Below, piece by piece: positions 34,124 to 41,941 of a stretch of DNA of 41,941 nt. Each line of letters begins with the position of its first letter. The stretch's first letter is position 1. A program made the position numbers and the translations under genes. The DNA lies in NCBI GenBank assembly GCA_046086225.1, contig JBJSXF010000178.1:1-41941 (forward strand). The letters run 5' to 3'. The stretch comes from Actinomycetota bacterium. GTDB lineage: Bacteria > Actinomycetota > Acidimicrobiia > IMCC26256 > PALSA-610. The notes under the pieces were generated by a model. It did no database searches, was not told where the DNA came from, and worked only from the letters and a program-made list of their open reading frames with translations.

Positions 34124-36516
34124 GTGGCGACCCGGCGTACCGCAGCACCCCCGCGCTCGACCTCGGGGGCGAAGACCCCGGCGAAGTCCGCGGCGCGGAG
34201 TCGGACGGGCACGGCGAAGAAGTCGGCCTCCCGGTCGGCCGGATCCCGCTCGAGCCGATCGACCGCTGCCGCGCGGACCCAGTGGCGGGACGACGCCTCG
34301 GCCCAGCTCGCTCGGCACCGGATCGACGTCGTCGCCCTCGGCCTCGCCGTCTTCGGGGTGCTCAGCCTCCTGGCGATCGTCTCCGACGTCGTCGGGCCGG
34401 TGGGCTCCGCGATCGATCGTGGCGCCGGGCTGCTCCTCGGCCGGGGCGCGCTCCTGCTGCCGATCGGTCTCTTGATCGGTGCTGCCGCCCTCGTCGCGCC
34501 CCGGAGCACCCGGGCGGGAGCCGAGGGAGATGCCGTCGCCGGCCCGCACGCTCGCCACGGCTTCCGGCTCGGACTCGGGCTGGTGCTCGTCGGGGCGGCG
34601 ACGGTCGGGTGCCTCCACCTGGCCGCCGGCTCGGCCACGCCGGTCCGCGACGCCGGCGGCGCGCTCGGAGCCGCGGTCGGCGGTCCGCTACGGGCTGCGC
34701 TCGGCACCGCGGGGGCGGCCATCGTGCTCGGGGCCGTCGGGGTGCTCGGCCTCCTCCTCGTCATCGGCACCGGCCTGCGCGACGTGGTCGCGGCTGCAGT
34801 CGGCCTCGGCCGGGCCATCGGTCGCCGGGTCGCCGCGGCGTTCGAACTCCCCGAGGGTGCGACCGAGCTCGATCCGGCGGCGGCGGCGGTGACGCCCGAG
34901 GAACCGGCGTGGGTCGATGATCCGCCGGTCGACGAGGCGCCGCCGGTGGACGAGCCGGCCTTCGTGGCCGCGGCCTACGAAGAGCCGGAGCCCGAACCGG
35001 AACCCGAACCCGAACCCGAGCCGATCGGCGACGCGGCCGACGGTGCCGCAGTGGTGTGGCGCCGGCCGGCGGTCTCGATGCTCAAGCGCAGCCAGAGCCG
35101 GGAGCTCGACCGGCGCTTCGTCGACGAGGCCGGTGCCTCACTCGAAGCGACGCTGCGCGAGTTCGGCGTCGACGCCCGGCTCGTGGGGGCGACGGTCGGG
35201 CCGACCGTCACCCGCTACGAGCTCGAGTTGGCCCCGGGCGTGAAGGTGAGCCGGGTCACGAACCTGGCCAAGGACCTCGCGTACGCCATGGCGAGCCACG
35301 ACGTGCGGATCCTCGCTCCCATTCCGGGTCGCAGCGCGATCGGCGTCGAGGTGCCCAACTCGGTCCGCCCGCTCGTGACGCTCGGCGACATCCTGACGAG
35401 CGACGAGGCCAAGGCGTCGTCGTCTCCGGTCGACGTGGCCATGGCCGCGACATCGCGGGCCGGGCGCAGCTCGCGGACCTCTCGGCCTTCCCTCACGTGC
35501 TCATCGCCGGCCAGACCGGTGCGGGCAAGTCGAGCTGCATCAACAGCATCGTGACGTCGATCCTCGTCCGGGCCACCCCCGACCAGGTCCGCCTCATCCT
35601 CGTCGACCCGAAGCGGGTCGAGCTCGGGCAGTACAACGGCGTCCCGCACCTCCTCACCGAGGTGGTGACGAACCCCAAGAAGGCAGCCAACGCCCTCGAG
35701 TGGGCGGTGCGCGAGATGGAGATGCGCTACGACATCCTCGCCGAGGTCGGCGCGCGCGACATCGCCGGCTACAACCAGATGTGGGACGCCGGCGATCTGC
35801 CCACTCCCGACGATCCCGACCCCGACACGGGCTCGTCATACAAGCGCCTGCCGTTCATCGTCGTCGTGGTCGACGAGCTCGCCGACCTGATGATGGTGGC
35901 GGCGCGTGACGTGGAGGCGAGCATCTGCCGGCTCGCCCAGATGTCGCGGGCCGTCGGCATCCACCTGGTGATCGCGACCCAACGCCCGTCGGTCGACGTC
36001 ATCACCGGCGTCATCAAGGCCAACGTGCCGAGCCGCCTGGCGTTCTCGGTCACGACGCTCGCCGACTCGCGGGTCATCCTCGACCAGCAGGGCGCCGAAA
36101 AGCTCGTCGGCAAGGGCGACATGCTCATGCGCACGGCGTCGTCGAGTCGGATCGAGCGCATCCAGGGGGCCTGGGTCGACGAGGCGTGCGTGCGCAAGGT
36201 CGTCGCCCACTGGCGTCGGCAGACGGTCCAGCCGCAGTACGTCGAGGGGGTGCAGGGGGTCGAGGGTGGCCTCGGCGCCCGGGACGACGACGGCGACGGC
36301 GACGAGCTGCTCGAGCAGGCGATGGAGATCGTCGTGACGAGCGGGCTCGGATCGACCTCGATGCTGCAGCGCAAGCTCCGGGTCGGGTTCGCCCGGGCCG
36401 GCCGGCTGATGGACCTCCTCGAGCGGCGGGGCGTGGTCGGACCGTCCGAGGGCTCGAAAGCCCGGGCCGTGCTCATGACCCCCGAGGAGTTCGACGCGAT
36501 CCGCGATCGCGTCTGA
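34124..36516 (+). CDS. ftsK: DNA translocase FtsK/SpoIIIE, with a 1-nt frameshift at ~35444
   Basis: The first frame encodes TM segments and GPTVTRYELELAPGVKVSRV...RILAPIPGRSAIGVEVPN. The second frame encodes GRDIAG, PHVLIAGQTGAGKS, DPKRVEL, VVVDELADLMM, ATQRPSVDVITG and the gamma domain STSMLQRKLRVGFARAGRLMD. Confidence 0.92.
34982..35023 (+). repeat. (GARCCS)7 hexamer repeat encoding (EP)7 in the FtsK linker
   Basis: gagccg gagccc gaaccg gaaccc gaaccc gaaccc gagccg. Confidence 0.85.
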
Positions 36517-36536
36517 CCGTCCGACGTCCGTTCGGG

Positions 36537-36983
36537 TCAGATCCGGCCGTCGGCCTCGAGCTGGTCGAGCCGGGTTCGCAGCTCCTCGAGCAGACCGGCG
36601 GCGGCGGCGAGGTGCTCCTCGATGCGCACGACGTAGGCGTGGGGCGAGTCGTCGGCCACCTCGTCGTCGACCTCGATCTCGTTGACGACGGCTGCGGCGA
36701 ACTCGGCCTGATCGCCGGGGACGACGATCGTGCCCCGGCGATCGTCGGGTGCGCCCGACCACTCGATCATGACCGCGATGCCCGCGGTCTCGAGCCGGCG
36801 GCGAAGCAGCTGGGCCTGCAGCTTCGACCACTCGCCGATCTCGACCAGACCGTCGTCGGAGCCGGACTCGTCGAGCTCACCGGGCGGCTCGGTCACGAGC
36901 GCGACCCGGCAGTCGGCGCAGCGCTCGGCTCCGATGCGGTACTCGGTACCGCAGGCGGGGCACCACAGCGAAGGTTCGTCCAC
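36537..36983 (-). CDS. Small zinc-ribbon protein with DUF2007-like domain and C-terminal helical segment
   Basis: C-terminal part of the 550-aa track ORF: (GTG)DEPSLWCPACGTEYRIGAERCADCRVALV...QAQLLRRRLETAGIAVMIE...TIVVPGDQAEFAAAVV...LEELRTRLDQLE. It fills the ftsK-rimO gap exactly. TAGTCT hexamer 7 nt before the GTG. Confidence 0.8.
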   Translation of the reverse strand: MDEPSLWCPACGTEYRIGAERCADCRVALVTEPPGELDESGSDDGLVEIGEWSKLQAQLLRRRLETAGIAVMIEWSGAPDDRRGTIVVPGDQAEFAAAVVNEIEVDDEVADDSPHAYVVRIEEHLAAAAGLLEELRTRLDQLEADGRI

Positions 36984-37019
36984 GGGGGCGAGACTAGGCG
37001 GTCGGTACGATGCCCGACG

Positions 37020-38315
37020 ATGGTTACCCGATATCACGTCACGACGCTCGGGTGCCCGAAGAACGCCGTCGATTCCGACAAGGTCGTCGCCGCGTTGGAA
37101 GCCGACGGGCTCGTGGTCGCCGACGACGCGGCCGAGGCCGACCTCGTCGTGGTCAACACGTGCGCGTTCGTCGAGGCGGCCCGGCAGGAGTCGATCGACA
37201 CCGTGCTCGCACTGGCCGGCGCCCGGAAGCCCGGAGCCCGTCTGGTCGTGACCGGGTGCATGGCCGAGCGTTACGGCGAGGAGCTCGCCGCTGCGCTCCC
37301 GGAGGTCGATGCCGTCGTCGGATTCGGGGGGCAGGCCGATCTCGGGTCCGTGGCGCTGCGCGGGCGCAAGCCGTCCGGGGTGCGCGATCTCCTCGACCTG
37401 CCCCGCGCCGCCCCGGCTGCTCCGTGGGCCTACCTGAAGGTGGCCGAGGGTTGCGATCGGGCCTGTGCGTTCTGCGCGATCCCGTCGTTCCGCGGGCCGC
37501 AGCGGTCCCGGACGCCCGATGCGATCGAGGCGGAAGCGCGGGCGCTCGTCGCCGGGGGCGTGGCCGAGATCGTGCTCGTGGCCCAGGATCTCGCCTGGTT
37601 CGGCCGCGACGCAGGTGAGCCCGGTGCGCTGGCACCGCTGCTCGGCCGACTCGATCGGCTGCGGGCGGACGGGCTCGCCCGGGTTCGCCTCCTGTACCTC
37701 TACCCGTCGGAGGTGCGTGATCCGCTGCTCGCCGCCATGTGCGAGCTGCCGGTGGTGACGCCCTACTTCGACCTGTCCCTCCAGCACGCCTCGGCGCCCC
37801 TGCTCCGGGGGATGAAGCGCTGGGGGAGCGGTGATCGTTTTGCCGCCCTGATCACCGACATCCGCGCCCGGCGACCCGAAGCGGCATTCCGCTCCTCGTT
37901 CATCGTCGGGTTCCCGGGCGAGACCGAGGACGATCATGCCGAGCTCCTCGGGTTCCTCGACGCAGTGCGACTCGATTGGGCCGGCTTCTTCGCCTACTCG
38001 TCCGAGGACGGCACGGCGGCGGCCGGGATGGCGGATGCGGTCGATCCGGTACTCGTCGGCGAAAGACTCCGGGAGTGCTCCGAGGTGCAGGACCCGATCA
38101 CGGCGGCGACGCGCAACGCGCTCATCGGCGAGACGGTCGAGGTGCTCGTCGATCGGGTCGGACCCGACGGCGCCGTCGGGCGCACGCACCGCGAGGCACC
38201 CGAGATCGACGGCGTCGTGCGGATCGCCGGGGTCGATCCCCGGCCGGGTGCCCGATTCCCGGTCCGGATCGTGGGGGCCGAAGGTCCCGATCTCGACGCC
38301 GAGGTGTTCGCGTGA
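37020..38315 (+). CDS. rimO: Ribosomal protein S12 methylthiotransferase
   Basis: TLGCPKNAVDS, VNTCAFVEAARQESID, VTGCMAERY, radical-SAM CDRACAFC, LYLYP, APEIDG TRAM domain. Confidence 0.94.
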   Translation: MVTRYHVTTLGCPKNAVDSDKVVAALEADGLVVADDAAEADLVVVNTCAFVEAARQESIDTVLALAGARKPGARLVVTGCMAERYGEELAAALPEVDAVVGFGGQADLGSVALRGRKPSGVRDLLDLPRAAPAAPWAYLKVAEGCDRACAFCAIPSFRGPQRSRTPDAIEAEARALVAGGVAEIVLVAQDLAWFGRDAGEPGALAPLLGRLDRLRADGLARVRLLYLYPSEVRDPLLAAMCELPVVTPYFDLSLQHASAPLLRGMKRWGSGDRFAALITDIRARRPEAAFRSSFIVGFPGETEDDHAELLGFLDAVRLDWAGFFAYSSEDGTAAAGMADAVDPVLVGERLRECSEVQDPITAATRNALIGETVEVLVDRVGPDGAVGRTHREAPEIDGVVRIAGVDPRPGARFPVRIVGAEGPDLDAEVFA

Positions 38316-38896
38316 GCGATGCGGCCGGGGAGCGGGCGAGGCGCTTCGGTCAGGGCGCGATCCTCACGCCGGCCAACCTCGTCACGATCACCCGGATCCT
38401 CGTGGCGGTGCCGACCCTCGTGCTGATCCGCAACGACGGCGCGAGCTGGCTCGCCGTCGCCTTGTGGTTCGCGATCACGGCGGGTGACAGCGTCGACGGC
38501 TGGCTCGCCCGCCGTGACGGCACGACCCGTTCCGGCGCGTTCCTCGATCCCGTCGCCGACAAGCTGATCGTGCTCGGCGGGCTCGGGGCGCTCGCCCTCC
38601 GGGGCGACTATCCGTGGTGGCCCGTCGCGCTCATCGCCGTCCGGGAGCTCGGCATCTCGGCCTACCGGTCCGTCGCGGGTCGGCGGGGGATCGTGCTGCC
38701 CGCCCAGCGCCTGGGCAAGCGCAAGGCCTTCCTCCAGTACTGCGCGGTCGGGATCGTGATCCTGCCGCCGACGGCCGAGGCGACCGTCGTCCACGCCGTG
38801 TTCCTCGGTCTCGCCCTCGTGCTCACCCTCGCCTCGGGGTTCGAGATCCTGCGCCGGGGCTACGAGGCCGGCATCCGCGGCGATCCCGCCGCCTGA
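38312..38896 (+). CDS. pgsA: CDP-alcohol phosphatidyltransferase (PgsA family)
   Basis: PANLVTITRI and DSVDGWLARRDGTTRSGAFLDPVADK signature. rimO-pgsA-cinA-recA synteny. Confidence 0.88.
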   Translation: MSDAAGERARRFGQGAILTPANLVTITRILVAVPTLVLIRNDGASWLAVALWFAITAGDSVDGWLARRDGTTRSGAFLDPVADKLIVLGGLGALALRGDYPWWPVALIAVRELGISAYRSVAGRRGIVLPAQRLGKRKAFLQYCAVGIVILPPTAEATVVHAVFLGLALVLTLASGFEILRRGYEAGIRGDPAA

Positions 38897-38917
38897 ACGA
38901 CGCGCGAGGATCACGAC

Positions 38918-40168
38918 ATGCGGTGCGAAGTCCTGGCCATCGGAACCGAGCTGCTGCTCGGCCAGATCGTCGACACGAACAGCGCCTGGATCGGCGAGCA
39001 GCTCGCGGCATCGGGCATCGACTCGTTCGAGCACCGGGTGATCGGCGACAACCAGTCCCGGATCGTGGCCGCACTCGACGACCTGCTCTCGCGGGCCGAC
39101 GCCGTCGTCATCTGCGGCGGTCTCGGTCCCACCCAGGACGACCTCACCCGCGACGCGATCGCCGAGGTGATGGGCGTCCCGCTCGTGCGCCACGACGAGC
39201 TCGTCGAGCAGATCGCCCGCATGTTCCGCGCCCGCTCGCGTGACATGCCCCGGAGCAACCTCCGTCAGGCCGACATTCCCGAGGGAGGCGCGGCGATCCC
39301 CAACCCGATCGGCACCGCCCCGGGGCTCCGTTGCGAGGTCGGGGCCGGGAAGGTGATCTACGCCGTGCCCGGCGTGCCGTACGAGATGCAGCTCATGATC
39401 TCGGAGCACGTCATCCCCGATCTGCTCCGGCGGTCCGGTGAGGCCTCGGCGATCGTGTCGCGCTCGCTGAAGACCTGGGGTACCTCGGAGTCGGCGCTCG
39501 GCGAGATGGTGGCGCACCGGCTCGAGGCACTCGACGCCCGGGGTGGCAATCCGACGATCGCCTTCCTCGCCCGGGGCATCGAGGGGCTGGTCGTGCGGGT
39601 CACAGCGAAGGCGCCGACCGTCGCCGAGGCCGAGGCCCTCGTCGCCGACGAGGAGCGCGAGTTGCGCGCAATCCTCGGCGATCTGGTCTTCGGCATCGAC
39701 GACGAGACGATGGAGCACGCCGTGCTCGAGCGGCTCCGGGGTCGGGGTTGGACCCTCGGCGTGGCCGAGTCGCTGACCGGCGGTCTCATCGGGGCGCGGA
39801 TCGTGAACGTGCCGGGTGCGAGCGATGTGTTCCGGGGCACGATCGGCGCGTACGCGACCGAGGTCAAGCGCAGCGTGCTCGGCGTCACCGCTGCGTCCGT
39901 GGTGAGCGAGGAGGCGGCCGCCGAGATGGCCGAGGCCGCCCGGCGGGTGCTCGACGCCGATGTCGGGATCGCGGCCACGGGCGTCGCCGGCCCGACCGAG
40001 CAGGACGGCGTCGCGGTCGGCACCGTGTGCTTCGGTCTCGCCCTCCCGGGTCGTGCGCCCGAGGCGGTGAGCACCCGGCTCCCGGGTGACCGCGAGCGGC
40101 TCCGCCAGTTCTCCACGATTTCGCTGCTCAACCTGCTGCGGCAGCGGCTCGACTCCCTCGCGCCCTGA
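38918..40168 (+). CDS. cinA: Competence/damage-inducible protein CinA (MoCF-like domain plus PncC NMN deamidase)
   Basis: IGTELLLGQIVDTN, GGLGPTQDDLTR, GTAPG, PGVPYEM, VAESLTGG, ATGVAGP. Confidence 0.94.
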   Translation: MRCEVLAIGTELLLGQIVDTNSAWIGEQLAASGIDSFEHRVIGDNQSRIVAALDDLLSRADAVVICGGLGPTQDDLTRDAIAEVMGVPLVRHDELVEQIARMFRARSRDMPRSNLRQADIPEGGAAIPNPIGTAPGLRCEVGAGKVIYAVPGVPYEMQLMISEHVIPDLLRRSGEASAIVSRSLKTWGTSESALGEMVAHRLEALDARGGNPTIAFLARGIEGLVVRVTAKAPTVAEAEALVADEERELRAILGDLVFGIDDETMEHAVLERLRGRGWTLGVAESLTGGLIGARIVNVPGASDVFRGTIGAYATEVKRSVLGVTAASVVSEEAAAEMAEAARRVLDADVGIAATGVAGPTEQDGVAVGTVCFGLALPGRAPEAVSTRLPGDRERLRQFSTISLLNLLRQRLDSLAP

Positions 40169-40230
40169 GTTGCGGGTCGGGGGTCGGCCGACGTGGGGTT
40201 CGACGGTCTGGCCGGAACGAGCCGCGATGC

Positions 40231-40259
40231 TTGATTCCGAACACCTGTTCGCCTAGGAT
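40231..40259 (+). promoter_or_regulatory. LexA-repressed recA promoter with SOS box
   Basis: TTGATT-N17-TAGGAT. The Gram-positive SOS box CGAAC-ACCT-GTTCG (40238-40251) lies in the spacer. Confidence 0.85.
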
Positions 40260-40366
40260 CACATCGTTGTGATTCGCCGGACGTCAACCCGGGGATGACC
40301 AGCGAGAGTCCACCGAGAGCCCGCCGGACGCCCGGCGGGAGGCATGAACGGTTGAACCGCTCTCGC

Positions 40367-40388
40367 TGTCACACCCCGCCGTTACGTT
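40367..40388 (+). promoter_or_regulatory. RecA-NDp / PafBC-type promoter motif
   Basis: TGTCAC-N10-TACGTT has the same spacing as the mycobacterial TGTCRG-N10-TAnnnT consensus, with one mismatch. Confidence 0.6.
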
Positions 40389-40485
40389 CGCCGGAGTGCC
40401 GCCCCGGGGGTTCCGGGTCGGCCGCCACTCCCCGACAGACCCCTGACCACGACGCACGTCGGCAGCAGAGAGGAAGGTGATCCCG

Positions 40486-41532
<1,047 letters not shown>

Positions 41533-41539
41533 CCCCACG

Positions 41540-41575
41540 GGTGCTGTCTGCGTCGGTCGCGGCGCAGACAGCACC
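41540..41575 (+). terminator. Hairpin downstream of recA
   Basis: GGTGCTGTCTGCGTCG-GTCG-CGGCGCAGACAGCACC, a 16-bp stem with one G-U. Confidence 0.65.
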
Positions 41576-41618
41576 GTCGGGGAGCCCCGGGCGGAGACGC
41601 CCGTAGACTTCACCGGGC

Positions 41619-41941
41619 ATGGCCCGCCGTTTCCTGGTGCGCACCTACGGGTGCCAGATGAACGAGCACGATTCCGAGCGCCTCGCGGGGCTGCTCCAGG
41701 AGCAGGGGCTCGAAGAGACCGACGACCTGAACGAGGCCGATGTCGTCGTCCTCAACACGTGCTGCATCCGGGAGAACGCCGACAATCGGCTCTACGGGCA
41801 GCTCGGCCATCTGAAGTCCCTGAAGGACGCCCGTCCCGAGCTCCAGATCGCGGTCGGAGGATGCCTCGCCCAGAAGGATCGGGAATCCGTGCAGGCCCGT
41901 GCGCCGTACGTCGACGTCGTCTTCGGGACCCACAACCTGGT
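41619..41941 (+). CDS. miaB: tRNA-2-methylthio-N6-dimethylallyladenosine synthase (5' part, runs off the window)
   Basis: Manual translation gives [24 protein letters not shown]...[20 protein letters not shown]...VGGCLAQKD...[15 protein letters not shown] hexamer 9 nt upstream. Confidence 0.95.
   Translation, partial: MARRFLVRTYGCQMNEHDSERLAGLLQEQGLEETDDLNEADVVVLNTCCIRENADNRLYGQLGHLKSLKDARPELQIAVGGCLAQKDRESVQARAPYVDVVFGTHNL

Noticed and set aside
40295-40480. 61-aa ORF or structured ncRNA in the recA upstream region
   Set aside because: The sequence is low-complexity with no motif. The two promoters and ordinary GC-rich hairpins explain the region.

Overview
High-GC bacterial chromosomal segment. 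Gene order and protein style point to Actinomycetota, most likely Acidimicrobiia (inference). It carries a minus-strand sulfate-assimilation operon (sir-cysH-cysD, cysD cut by the left edge). The conserved core block proS, rimP-nusA-ylxR-infB-DUF503-rbfA-nrnA-truB-ribF, rpsO-pnp-M16 peptidase-dapB follows. A ~12.7 kb accessory block comes next: a Liv-type ABC transporter, bioA-bioF-bioD without bioB, two tandem TetR regulators with a ferritin-like diiron enzyme, a secreted 7-repeat beta-propeller protein and a membrane fatty-acyl desaturase. The core then resumes with rnj-SDR-ftsK, a small zinc-ribbon gene, rimO-pgsA-cinA, recA and miaB (cut by the right edge). pnp has an in-frame TAG and ftsK has a 1-nt frameshift, both more likely read or assembly errors than biology. 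I found no tRNA, rRNA, CRISPR array or mobile element. The best candidate for an undescribed system is bioAFD lying back to back with tandem TetRs and a 2-His/4-carboxylate diiron enzyme, possibly an oxidative fatty-acyl route to pimelate (hypothesis only). Other points of interest are a sulfite reductase with cofactor-binding Cys motifs in both halves, a dual LexA/PafBC-type recA promoter, a CTG-initiated ylxR and many apparently leaderless genes.
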